Virus record (IMG/VR): IMGVR_UViG_2630968558_000006
Source of the DNA: a virus
Lineage: Duplodnaviria > Heunggongvirae > Uroviricota > Caudoviricetes
Strand: one strand, 5' to 3'
DNA: 14,950 nucleotides
The notes beneath the pieces were generated by a model. It was given only the letters and a program-made list of their open reading frames with translations, ran no database searches and was not told the DNA's origin. Shown piece after piece: positions 6,703-14,950 of this stretch. A program made the translations under genes and the position numbers. Each line of letters starts with the position of its first letter. Positions within the stretch are counted from its first letter, which is position 1.

Positions 6703-9174
6703 ATGAGTAAAGTCTTTATTTGCGCCGCTATTCCTGACGAACTGGCAACAAGGGAAGAAGGCGCTGTGGCTGTAGCCACAGCCATTGAAGCTGGCGACGA
6801 ACGCCGTGCTCGAGCAAAATTTCACTGGCAGTTCCTGGAACATTATCCGGCTGCTCAGGACTGCGCTTATAAATTTATTGTCTGCGAGGATAAACCTGGC
6901 ATACCCCGCCCTGCCCTCGATTCATGGGATGCTGAATATATGCAGGAAAACCGCTGGGATGAGGAGTCTGCTTCTTTTGTCCCGGTTGAGACTGAATCCG
7001 ATCCGATGAACGTCACTTTTGACAAGCTGGCCCCTGAAGTACAGAACGCTGTCATGGTTAAGTTCGACACATGTGAAAACATCACCGTTGATATGGTTAT
7101 TAGCGCACAGGAATTGTTGCAGGAAGACATGGCAACATTCGACGGACATATCGTTGAAGCGTTGATGAAAATGCCAGAAGTTAACGCCATGTATCCGGAG
7201 CTTAAGTTGCACGCCATTGGGTGGGTTAAGCATAAATGTATTCCTGGTGCTAAATGGCCCGAAATTCAGGCAGAGATGCGCATCTGGAAAAAACGTCGCG
7301 AAGGTGAACGCAAGGAAACCGGAAAATACACGTCTGTTGTTGATCTCGCCCGCGCCAGAGCCAATCAACAGTACACTGAAAATTCAACAGGAAAAATCAG
7401 CCCGGTCATTGCTGCCATTCATCGCGAATACAAGCAGACATGGAAAACACTGGATGACGAACTGGCCTACGCTCTCTGGCCTGGTGATGTGGATGCCGGA
7501 AACATTGACGGCAGCATCCATCGCTGGGCAAAAAAAGAAGTTATCGACAACGACCGCGAAGACTGGAAGCGTATCTCGGCATCAATGCGCAAACAGCCTG
7601 ATGCCCTTCGCTACGACCGCCAAACTATTTTTGGCCTTGTCCGTGAGCGTCCGATCGACATTCACAAAGATCCCGTAGCACTGAACAAATATATCTGCGA
7701 ATACCTGACGACAAAGGGCGTGTTTGAGAATGAAGAAACAGACCTAGGCACTGTTGATGTTCTCCAGTCATCAGAAACACAAACTGATGCAGTGGAAACT
7801 GAGGTATCTGATATCCCAAAAAATGAAACCGCGCCGGAAGCTGAACCATCTGTAGAGCGTGAGGGGCCGTTCTATTTCCTCTTCGCAGATAAGGACGGAG
7901 AAAAATACGGTCGCGCAAACAAACTTTCTGGTCTGGATAAGGCACTGGCTGCTGGCGCCACTGAAATCACAAAAGAAGAATATTTTGCCCGAAAAAATGG
8001 CACATACACGGGCTTACCGCAAAATGTAGATACCGCTGAAGATTCAGAACAACCAGAGCCGATAAAAGTTACCGCTGACGAAGTAAACAAAATTATGCAG
8101 GCAGCCAATATCAGCCAGCCTGACGCCGATAAGTTGCTTGCTGCATCACGTGGTGAATTTGTTGAAGGGATTAGTGACCCGAATGATCCGAAATGGGTTA
8201 AGGGGATCCAGACCCGCGATTCTGTGAACCAGAACCAGCATGAATCGGAACGGAACTACCAAAAAGCGGAACAAAACAGCCCAAATGCGTTACAAAACGA
8301 GCCAGAAACGAAACAGCCTGAACCAGTGGCGCAACAGGAAGTGGAAAAAGTCTGCACCGCCTGCGGTCAGACCGGCGGCGGCAACTGCCCTGATTGTGGC
8401 GCGGTGATGGGCGACGCAACATACCAAGAAACATTCGATGAAGAGTATCAGGTTGAAGTTCAGGAAGATGATCCGGAGGAAATGGAAGGCGCTGAACATC
8501 CACACAAGGAGAACACTGGCGGCAATCAGCATCACAATAGCGATAATGAAACTGGCGAGACGGCAGATCACTCAATTAAGGTGAACGGTCATCACGAAAT
8601 CACATCCACCAGCAGGACGTGTGACCATCTAATGATCGACCTTGAAACCATGGGAAAAAATCCTGATGCCCCGATCATCTCAATAGGTGCAATATTTTTC
8701 GATCCGCAAACCGGAGATATGGGACCCGAATTTAGTAAGACTATCGATCTGGAAACTGCTGGCGGAGTCATTGATCGGGACACCATTAAATGGTGGCTTA
8801 AGCAATCACGCGAAGCGCAATCTGCCATTATGACCGATGAAATCCCGTTAGATGATGCACTGTTACAATTGCGGGAATTTATCGACGAAAACTCCGGTGA
8901 ATTTTTTGTTCAGGTCTGGGGAAATGGAGCCAACTTCGACAACACGATTTTGCGCCGTTCATACGAACGGCAGGGGATCCCCTGCCCGTGGCGTTACTAC
9001 AACGATCGCGATGTACGCACAATCGTTGAGCTGGGGAAAGCCATAGACTTCGATGCCAGAACGGCTATTCCATTCGAAGGTGAGCGCCATAATGCACTTG
9101 ATGACGCCCGTTACCAGGCAAAATACGTTTCAGTTATCTGGCAAAAACTGATCCCGAGTCAGGCTGATTCTTAA
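6703..9174 (+). CDS. ydfE: Prophage exonuclease (823 aa): N-terminal YdfE-like region, acidic low-complexity linker with a CxxC...CxxC zinc ribbon, C-terminal DnaQ-like DEDDh 3'-5' exonuclease domain
   Basis: N-terminus MSKVFICAAIPDELATREEG... matches my recall of the K-12 ydfE remnant. Zinc ribbon CTACGQTGGGNCPDCG (about 8350-8400). Exonuclease motifs MIDLETMG (Exo I), GNGANFDNTIL (Exo II) and HNALDDARY (Exo III) in about 8620-9174. GAGG Shine-Dalgarno 10 nt before the ATG. Confidence 0.85.
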   Translation: MSKVFICAAIPDELATREEGAVAVATAIEAGDERRARAKFHWQFLEHYPAAQDCAYKFIVCEDKPGIPRPALDSWDAEYMQENRWDEESASFVPVETESDPMNVTFDKLAPEVQNAVMVKFDTCENITVDMVISAQELLQEDMATFDGHIVEALMKMPEVNAMYPELKLHAIGWVKHKCIPGAKWPEIQAEMRIWKKRREGERKETGKYTSVVDLARARANQQYTENSTGKISPVIAAIHREYKQTWKTLDDELAYALWPGDVDAGNIDGSIHRWAKKEVIDNDREDWKRISASMRKQPDALRYDRQTIFGLVRERPIDIHKDPVALNKYICEYLTTKGVFENEETDLGTVDVLQSSETQTDAVETEVSDIPKNETAPEAEPSVEREGPFYFLFADKDGEKYGRANKLSGLDKALAAGATEITKEEYFARKNGTYTGLPQNVDTAEDSEQPEPIKVTADEVNKIMQAANISQPDADKLLAASRGEFVEGISDPNDPKWVKGIQTRDSVNQNQHESERNYQKAEQNSPNALQNEPETKQPEPVAQQEVEKVCTACGQTGGGNCPDCGAVMGDATYQETFDEEYQVEVQEDDPEEMEGAEHPHKENTGGNQHHNSDNETGETADHSIKVNGHHEITSTSRTCDHLMIDLETMGKNPDAPIISIGAIFFDPQTGDMGPEFSKTIDLETAGGVIDRDTIKWWLKQSREAQSAIMTDEIPLDDALLQLREFIDENSGEFFVQVWGNGANFDNTILRRSYERQGIPCPWRYYNDRDVRTIVELGKAIDFDARTAIPFEGERHNALDDARYQAKYVSVIWQKLIPSQADS

Positions 9175-9246
9175 TGTTCAACTGTCGCCGGTTGTGACTG
9201 GTATTCTGCAACCGGCGCTCGTCTGATGTAAGAGATAAAGAAATCG

Positions 9247-9498
9247 ATGAGCGAAGTAATCATGATTGTCTCTCCCGGCAAATGGGTATCCGAAGAGCAG
9301 TTAATTGCGCTGAAAGGAATAAAAAAAGGTACGTTAAAAAAGGCCCGGGAAAAATCGTTTATGGAAGGAAGGGAATATAAGCATGTCGCTCATGACGGTA
9401 TGCCATGGGATAACAGTCCATGCTTTTACAACCTGGAAGAAATTGATCGCTGGATTGAGCGCCAGGCATCAGCAAGACCAAGACGTCATCTTACTTGA
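9247..9498 (+). CDS. Excisionase-like protein (83 aa)
   Basis: Immediately upstream of int; contains a GREY motif in a context resembling lambda Xis (KDGREYLFHESA versus MEGREYKHVAHDG); small and basic. Confidence 0.6.
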   Translation: MSEVIMIVSPGKWVSEEQLIALKGIKKGTLKKAREKSFMEGREYKHVAHDGMPWDNSPCFYNLEEIDRWIERQASARPRRHLT

Positions 9499-9517
9499 CT
9501 AAAAGCCACACTAACTA

Positions 9518-10813
9518 ATGAGAGAAGTTGAAATGAAATATCCGACAGGCGTGGAAAACCATGGAGGGAAATTACGTATCTGGTTTGTTTATAAAGGCGT
9601 AAGAGTCAGGGAAAACCTGGGGGTTCCTGACACAGCAAAAAACAGGCGCGTTGCAGGTGAGCTACGCGCCTCTGTTTGTTACGCAATAAAAACTGGTGTT
9701 TTCGACTATGCAAAACAGTTTCCCTCCTCACGCAATCTGGAAAAATTTGGTGAGACCCGACAAGATTTAACCATAAAAGAACTGGCTGAAAAATTTCTGG
9801 CACTGAAAGAAACTGAAGTCGCAAAAACATCACTCAACACATACCGTGCCGTCATCAAAAATATCCTGAGCATAATCGGTGAAAAAAATCTTGCCTCATC
9901 GATTAATAAAGAAAAATTACTGGAGGTTCGTAAAGAGCTACTGACTGGATACCAGATCCCCAAAAGTAACTATATTGTTACACAACCAGGGAGATCGGCT
10001 GTAACTGTAAATAATTACATGACAAATCTTAACGCCGTGTTCCAGTTTGGTGTTGATAACGGTTACCTGGCAGATAACCCGTTTAAGGGGATCTCGCCAT
10101 TAAAGGAATCAAGAACCATTCCGGATCCTCTTTCGCGGGAGGAATTCATCCGTCTTATCGATGCGTGCAGAAATCAGCAAGCCAAAAATTTATGGTGTGT
10201 TTCTGTTTATACTGGCGTTCGCCCTGGTGAGCTGTGTGCACTTGGATGGGAGGACATAGATCTGAAAAATGGAACAATGATGATCAGGAGAAATTTAGCA
10301 AAAGACCGTTTCACGGTACCAAAAACACAGGCGGGAACCAATCGGGTCATTCATCTTATTAAGCCAGCAATCGACGCTCTCCGGAGTCAGATGACATTAA
10401 CGAGACTGAGCAAAGAGCATATCATTGATGTTCACCTCAGAGAGTATGGCAGAACAGAAAAACATAAATGCACCTTTGTTTTTCAACCTGAAGTGTCAGC
10501 GAGAGTAAAAAATTATGGTGACCATTTTACCGTTGACTCAATAAGGCAGATGTGGGACGCAGCGATAAAACGTGCCGGACTCCGCCATCGAAAATCATAT
10601 CAGTCGAGACATACTTATGCCTGCTGGTCGCTGACAGCTGGTGCTAACCCGGCATTTATAGCAAACCAGATGGGCCATGCAGATGCGCAAATGGTATTTC
10701 AGGTATACGGAAAATGGATGTCTGAAAACAATAATGCACAGGTAGCTTTGTTAAATACACAGTTAAGCGAGTTTGCCCCAACCATGCCCCATAACGAAGC
10801 AATGAAAAATTAA
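9518..10813 (+). CDS. Lambda-family tyrosine integrase (431 aa; alternative ATG at 9533)
   Basis: Size and position next to the host junction; C-terminal tyrosine-recombinase-like segment (...HRKSYQSRHTYACWSL...HADAQMVFQVYGKW); corresponds positionally to intQ of K-12 Qin, which is defective there. Confidence 0.85.
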   Translation: MREVEMKYPTGVENHGGKLRIWFVYKGVRVRENLGVPDTAKNRRVAGELRASVCYAIKTGVFDYAKQFPSSRNLEKFGETRQDLTIKELAEKFLALKETEVAKTSLNTYRAVIKNILSIIGEKNLASSINKEKLLEVRKELLTGYQIPKSNYIVTQPGRSAVTVNNYMTNLNAVFQFGVDNGYLADNPFKGISPLKESRTIPDPLSREEFIRLIDACRNQQAKNLWCVSVYTGVRPGELCALGWEDIDLKNGTMMIRRNLAKDRFTVPKTQAGTNRVIHLIKPAIDALRSQMTLTRLSKEHIIDVHLREYGRTEKHKCTFVFQPEVSARVKNYGDHFTVDSIRQMWDAAIKRAGLRHRKSYQSRHTYACWSLTAGANPAFIANQMGHADAQMVFQVYGKWMSENNNAQVALLNTQLSEFAPTMPHNEAMKN

Positions 10814-11000
10814 TTTAATATTTATCAAATAGTTAACACGCATGGCTCTTGAAATCCATAAATTCAAGTGCCGTACCTAACCATCCTGATACCGCTGCCT
10901 TCACTAAATCCTTAGTGCTTCTTTCATGTTTTTCTATTGTCATAATTATTATCTCTAAATAAGAGGTAAGATGCGTACTGCTTATCCGCTGTTATTGATA

Positions 11001-12020
11001 TTATTCAGAAAAAGTGAGTAAAACTTTGCAGCAATGCTTTTGATCATTTTCAAATAATGAAATAGCATCAGCGACATGTTGATAATCAAAGGTATGAATA
11101 ATTAATTTATCAGGGTTAATTAAACCTTTGCTTAGCCAGTCGATAACCACCGGAAATTTATTGGCATTTAACCGAGAAGAAAAAATAGAGAGTTCCTTGC
11201 CGGTAATTCCCTGTTGAATAACTTCAGACGGCTCACTGGAGAATCCCATTAACACAATTCGTGCCGCAGGAGATGCCAGCATAACCGCTTCTTTCAGAAT
11301 TGATGGATGACAAGCGGCATCAATAATTAATGTTGGTTTAATACCCTTTTCAGCGAATATTTCGCCAAGCGGTGTCTGGCTGTTATTAATCGCCCAATCT
11401 GCTCCGCTCTCTTTCGCTTTGTCCAGTCGTTCATCAATGCGATCGGCAACAATCACATTTTTAACGTTATAGACCCCCTTTAATACCTGAACAATAGTCA
11501 GACCAATTGGACCTGCGCCATAAACCAGCACGGTGTCATCTTCAGTCGGTTGACCGTGTCCGGTAACGTTCGCCGCAATGGTAAAGGGTTCGATCATTAC
11601 CGCGAATTTATCAGCCACTGCATCGGGAATTTTCCACGCGTTTTTTGCCGGAACTACCGCATATTCGCTAAAACCGCCGTCGGTGTGAACACCTAATACT
11701 GCTAGCGTTGTGCAGACGTTCGGCTTACCAATTGAACACGGATAACAATGTCCGCAACTGACTACCGGATCTACCGCAACACGTTCGCCAACTCTGGTGT
11801 TCACTACGCCTTCACCTACGGCATCAATCACGCCAAAAAACTCGTGCCCAATGACGCGCGGATATTTCGCAAATGGATTATGACCGCGATAAATATGACT
11901 ATCCGATCCACAAATCCCGGCGAGTTTCACTTTTACTCGCACTTCACCCGCTGATGGGGTAGGTATTTCCCGTTCGATAATCGCCAGTTGATTCGGTTTT
12001 TCAATTAAGATGCTTTTCAT
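11001..12020 (-). CDS. rspB: RspB, zinc-type alcohol dehydrogenase-like starvation-sensing protein (339 aa)
   Basis: MKSILIEKPNQLAI...GICGSDSHIYRGH...GHEFFG...VLVYGAGPIGL matches my recall of K-12 RspB; GGAG Shine-Dalgarno overlapping the rspA stop. The track start at 12044 lies inside rspA and is rejected. Confidence 0.9.
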   Translation of the reverse strand: MKSILIEKPNQLAIIEREIPTPSAGEVRVKVKLAGICGSDSHIYRGHNPFAKYPRVIGHEFFGVIDAVGEGVVNTRVGERVAVDPVVSCGHCYPCSIGKPNVCTTLAVLGVHTDGGFSEYAVVPAKNAWKIPDAVADKFAVMIEPFTIAANVTGHGQPTEDDTVLVYGAGPIGLTIVQVLKGVYNVKNVIVADRIDERLDKAKESGADWAINNSQTPLGEIFAEKGIKPTLIIDAACHPSILKEAVMLASPAARIVLMGFSSEPSEVIQQGITGKELSIFSSRLNANKFPVVIDWLSKGLINPDKLIIHTFDYQHVADAISLFENDQKHCCKVLLTFSE

Positions 12021-12031
12021 TATTTTACTCC

Positions 12032-13246
12032 TTACCAGTTCCATAACGTGCCATCTTCCAGACGTGCGACTGGCAGATAAGCAGGTTCGTAGGGATATTT
12101 CGCCGCCAGCTTTTCATCGAACTCGATGCCAATACCTGGCTTGTCACCCGGATGCATATAGCCGTTATCGAAGCTCCAGTTGTGCGGGAACACTTCGAGC
12201 ATTTGTTCTGAGTAGCCCATGTATTCTTGTACGCCAAAATTCGGCACCCACAGGTCAAAGTGCAAAGCCGCAGCCATGCAGACTGGTGACAAATCGGAAG
12301 GGCCGTGTGAGCATGTGCGCACCTGATAAAGCGAAGCAAAATCCGCAATCCGACGCATACCGGTAATGCCGCCTGCATGGGTCAGCGTGGTACGGATATA
12401 GTCGATAAGTTGCTCTTCAATGAGCTGTTTACAGTCCCAAATGCTATTGAAGACTTCACCCACCGCAATTGGCGTGACGGTATGTTGGCGAATCAGACGG
12501 AAACACTCCTGGTTTTCTGCGGGGGTCGGATCTTCCATCCAGAACATGCGAAAATCTTCAATGCTTTTACCAAAGCGCGCCGCTTCAATAGGCGTTAAGC
12601 GATGATGCATGTCATGCAGCAAATGTTCATCAAAACCAAACTTGTTACGTACCGCGTCGAACAGTTTTGGCATGAAGTCGAGATATTTTTCCGTTGACCA
12701 CAACTGCTCTTCTGGCCACTGCCCTTTGGTCGCAGGTTCATAGGCCTGCCCTTTTCCTTTGGACATACCGTAAGTCGTTTTCATGCCAGGAATACCGCAC
12801 TGCACGCGGATGGCCTTGAATCCCAGTTCCTGATGACGGGCATAATCATCCAGTGCCTCATCAATACTGTGACCGGTGGTATGGCAATAGACCATCACCC
12901 CTTCGCGAGACGCGCCGCCGAGTAACTGGTAAAGCGGCATGTTGGCAGCTTTGGCTTTAATGTCCCATAGCGCCATATCAACGGCTGAAATGGCCGACAT
13001 AGTCACCGGGCCGCGACGCCAGTAAGCACCTTTATAGAAAAACTGCCAGATATCTTCGATACGGTGGGCATCGCGGCCTATAAGTTGCGGACACAGGTGA
13101 TCCTGCAAATAGGACGCAACGGAAAGCTCGCGTCCGTTGAGAGTGGCATCACCAAGACCGGTAATACCGTCCTCGGTGGTGATTTTTAAGGTGACGAAAT
13201 TACGCCCCGGACAGGTAACAAAAACTTCAGCCCCTACAATCTTCAT
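12032..13246 (-). CDS. rspA: RspA, enolase-superfamily mannonate dehydratase-like starvation-sensing protein (404 aa)
   Basis: Translation matches my recall of K-12 RspA nearly throughout (start [39 protein letters not shown]...); AAGGAA Shine-Dalgarno. Confidence 0.95.
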   Translation of the reverse strand: MKIVGAEVFVTCPGRNFVTLKITTEDGITGLGDATLNGRELSVASYLQDHLCPQLIGRDAHRIEDIWQFFYKGAYWRRGPVTMSAISAVDMALWDIKAKAANMPLYQLLGGASREGVMVYCHTTGHSIDEALDDYARHQELGFKAIRVQCGIPGMKTTYGMSKGKGQAYEPATKGQWPEEQLWSTEKYLDFMPKLFDAVRNKFGFDEHLLHDMHHRLTPIEAARFGKSIEDFRMFWMEDPTPAENQECFRLIRQHTVTPIAVGEVFNSIWDCKQLIEEQLIDYIRTTLTHAGGITGMRRIADFASLYQVRTCSHGPSDLSPVCMAAALHFDLWVPNFGVQEYMGYSEQMLEVFPHNWSFDNGYMHPGDKPGIGIEFDEKLAAKYPYEPAYLPVARLEDGTLWNW

Positions 13247-13343
13247 GTTCTATTCCTTGCATCGCTTATCGTGATGCATGAAATCTACGCAACTGAGCTA
13301 CTACCATACAAGTATGAAGATCAAAAAAAGCCAGAACGATCAC

Positions 13344-13366
13344 AAAAAAAAGCGCATATTTGCGCC
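13344..13366 (-). terminator. Putative rho-independent terminator downstream of ynfA (minus strand)
   Basis: Stem GCGCA(13352-13356) / TGCGC(13361-13365) with loop TATT; on the minus strand it is followed by TTTTTTTT (13351-13344). Confidence 0.5.
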
Positions 13367-13461
13367 ATGAATAGTTCTAAAAATAGTCAAAGCTTATTGT
13401 TTTTCAGTGCCCTGAAAACGCGTATGTCATTGATAATAAAATATCTTATAGACCAGAAAAA

Positions 13462-13788
13462 TCAGGCACGTCCCCAGCCAGCAACAATAATCAACATACC
13501 GCAAAGCGCAATTATCGCGCCTGTCCAGTCGTAGAGACTGAGCTTCACCCCATCCACCACACGCAGCCAAATCAACGCCGTACAGACATAAACGCCACCA
13601 TAAGCCGCATAAACTCGCCCACTTGCTGCGGGATGTAACGTTAACAGCCAGACAAACAGCGCCAGGGAAATCCCCGCCGGAACCAACAGCCAGACGCTGG
13701 CATTTCGTTTCAGCCATAACCAGGGTAAAAAGCAACCCATGATTTCACACAGGGCAGTAACAAAAAACAGTAATGTTGTTTTAATCAT
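13462..13788 (-). CDS. ynfA: YnfA, UPF0060-family inner-membrane protein (108 aa)
   Basis: [35 protein letters not shown]... matches my recall of K-12 YnfA; the track start at 13797 is a GTG three codons upstream. Confidence 0.85.
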   Translation of the reverse strand: MIKTTLLFFVTALCEIMGCFLPWLWLKRNASVWLLVPAGISLALFVWLLTLHPAASGRVYAAYGGVYVCTALIWLRVVDGVKLSLYDWTGAIIALCGMLIIVAGWGRA

Positions 13789-13922
13789 CTTTGTCACTTA
13801 TTGACATCATGTATATTTATAGGGCGACATAATATCATCAACATATACATCCTTCTGTTACGTTTCGTGTTCACAGTGGATCGTGTAAAATCGCCTTTAA
13901 TCATTCATACAAGGAATGAATC

Positions 13923-14264
13923 ATGAATATCACTCTCTGCAAAAAACTCAGCCTGCTCGCTTTTCTGCTGCCTTGCGCACTGGCATTTAGCGCAACTACT
14001 CATGCAGAAACTAACAAACTGGTGATTGAATCTGGCGACAGCGCACAGAGTCGCCAGCAGGCGGCGATGGAAAAAGAGCAATGGAATGACACGCGTAATC
14101 TGCGTCAGAAAGTCAACAAACGCACCGAGAAAGAATGGGATAAAGCTGACGCCGCATTCGATAACCGCGATAAATGTGAGCAGAGTGCCAACATTAATGC
14201 CTACTGGGAGCCGAATACTTTACGCTGTCTGGACCGTCGTACTGGCCGCGTAATCATCCCCTAA
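13923..14264 (+). CDS. ynfB: YnfB, UPF0482-family secreted protein (113 aa, signal-peptide-like N-terminus)
   Basis: [32 protein letters not shown]...; AAGGAATGA Shine-Dalgarno; position between ynfA and speG as in K-12. Confidence 0.85.
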   Translation: MNITLCKKLSLLAFLLPCALAFSATTHAETNKLVIESGDSAQSRQQAAMEKEQWNDTRNLRQKVNKRTEKEWDKADAAFDNRDKCEQSANINAYWEPNTLRCLDRRTGRVIIP

Positions 14265-14298
14265 CCTGTTATTGATATAAGGAATGTAAGGACACGTT

Positions 14299-14859
14299 AT
14301 GACAAGCGCCCACAGTGTTAAGCTACGTCCGCTGGAGCGTGAAGATTTACGCTATGTGCATCAACTCGACAATAACGCCAGCGTAATGCGTTACTGGTTT
14401 GAGGAACCCTACGAAGCCTTCGTTGAACTCTCTGATCTGTACGATAAACATATTCACGATCAGAGTGAACGCCGTTTCGTCGTGGAATGTGATGGCGAAA
14501 AAGCCGGTCTGGTAGAGCTGGTGGAAATTAACCACGTCCATCGCCGCGCTGAATTTCAGATAATCATCTCCCCGGAATACCAGGGTAAAGGTCTGGCAAC
14601 CCGCGCCGCGACATTAGCGATGGATTATGGCTTCACTGTTCTTAATCTCTATAAACTTTATCTGATCGTCGATAAAGAGAATGAAAAAGCGATTCATATT
14701 TACCGTAAGCTCGGTTTTACGGTCGAAGGTGAACTGATGCATGAATTCTTTATTAACGGTCAATATCGCAATGCCATTCGCATGTGCATATTCCAGCATC
14801 AGTATCTGGCGGAACATAAAACGCAGGGGCAGACTCTACTGAAACCGACCGCGCAATAG
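14299..14859 (+). CDS. speG: Spermidine N1-acetyltransferase SpeG (186 aa, GNAT family)
   Basis: Translation [40 protein letters not shown]... matches my recall of K-12 SpeG; AAGGA Shine-Dalgarno. Confidence 0.95.
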   Translation: MTSAHSVKLRPLEREDLRYVHQLDNNASVMRYWFEEPYEAFVELSDLYDKHIHDQSERRFVVECDGEKAGLVELVEINHVHRRAEFQIIISPEYQGKGLATRAATLAMDYGFTVLNLYKLYLIVDKENEKAIHIYRKLGFTVEGELMHEFFINGQYRNAIRMCIFQHQYLAEHKTQGQTLLKPTAQ

Positions 14860-14950
14860 CATTAATAATAATCAATGGTATTTTTGAGAGCCTGTTTAAG
14901 ATTCTGTGTAAATGCCTTTTCTCAGAAGTGACCGTCCAGGCGGTCACCGA

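Larger units (their letters stand above)
1..10813. mobile_element. Partial lambdoid (Qin/Kim-type) prophage: hok region, replication module, dicA/dicC immunity, dicBF operon, exonuclease, xis, int. The left boundary is outside the window; the right junction lies between int stop (10813) and rspB stop (11001).
   Basis: Contiguous phage-type genes (hokD, dicC, dicA, DicF, dicB, ydfD, exonuclease, excisionase-like, tyrosine integrase) in lambda-like order, with the integrase reading toward flanking host genes rspBA. Gene order recalled from the K-12 Qin prophage. Confidence 0.8.

Noticed and set aside
7700-8620. Specific similarity of the exonuclease linker and zinc-ribbon segment to Rac RecE
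   Set aside because: I suspect similarity but cannot separate true recall from contamination by the sequence in front of me; left as a check rather than a claim.
6785-9046. About ten track ORFs (e.g. 6867..7217, 6922..7368, 7217..7678, 7625..7945, 8198..8575, 8290..8571, 8592..8828) within the exonuclease gene
   Set aside because: All lie inside the well-supported 823-aa reading frame, antisense or out of frame, with Arg/Ser/Cys-rich low-complexity translations typical of shadow ORFs.
11001-12044. Track start of rspB at 12044 (347 aa)
   Set aside because: That ATG lies inside the rspA coding sequence; the ATG at 12020 follows a GGAG site and gives MKSILIEK, the known RspB N-terminus.
12010-12605. 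Track ORFs 12010..12366, 12025..12378, 12377..12598 and 12420..12605 overlapping rspA
   Set aside because: Out-of-frame or antisense shadows of the well-supported rspA gene.
14925-14950. Inverted repeat GTGACCG-tccagg-CGGTCAC at the window end, downstream of speG
   Set aside because: A possible terminator stem, but the window ends immediately after it, so the U-run and context cannot be assessed.

Overview
This window reads as an Escherichia coli-type chromosome segment: the integrase-proximal arm of a Qin/Kim-type lambdoid prophage (about 1..10813) followed by host genes rspB-rspA (-), ynfA (-), ynfB (+) and speG (+). All identifications rest on my recall of E. coli K-12 sequences and on motifs read directly from the translations; no database search was run. 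The prophage part runs, left to right: a small Rem-position ORF and the Hok-family toxin hokD (-); a minus-strand early-right operon (dicC, a 173-aa ORF, an O-like replication initiator with embedded iterons, a 140-aa ORF, a possible 68-aa ORF, and a QueH/DUF208-like protein); divergent dicC/dicA immunity genes around a 20-bp perfect palindromic operator; then the plus-strand dicBF operon (ydfA, ydfB-like, DicF sRNA, dicB, ydfD), an intact 823-aa exonuclease whose N-terminus matches K-12 ydfE, an excisionase-like gene and a tyrosine integrase. The ORF track accepts GTG/TTG starts, so several track ORFs were trimmed to internal ATGs with better ribosome-binding sites. I found no large undescribed multi-gene system; the most interesting points are the origin-like iteron array inside the initiator gene, the prophage-borne QueH-like gene in an apparently variable cargo slot, the mosaic DEDDh exonuclease with no annealing-protein partner, and a reverse-oriented small gene inside the dicBF operon.
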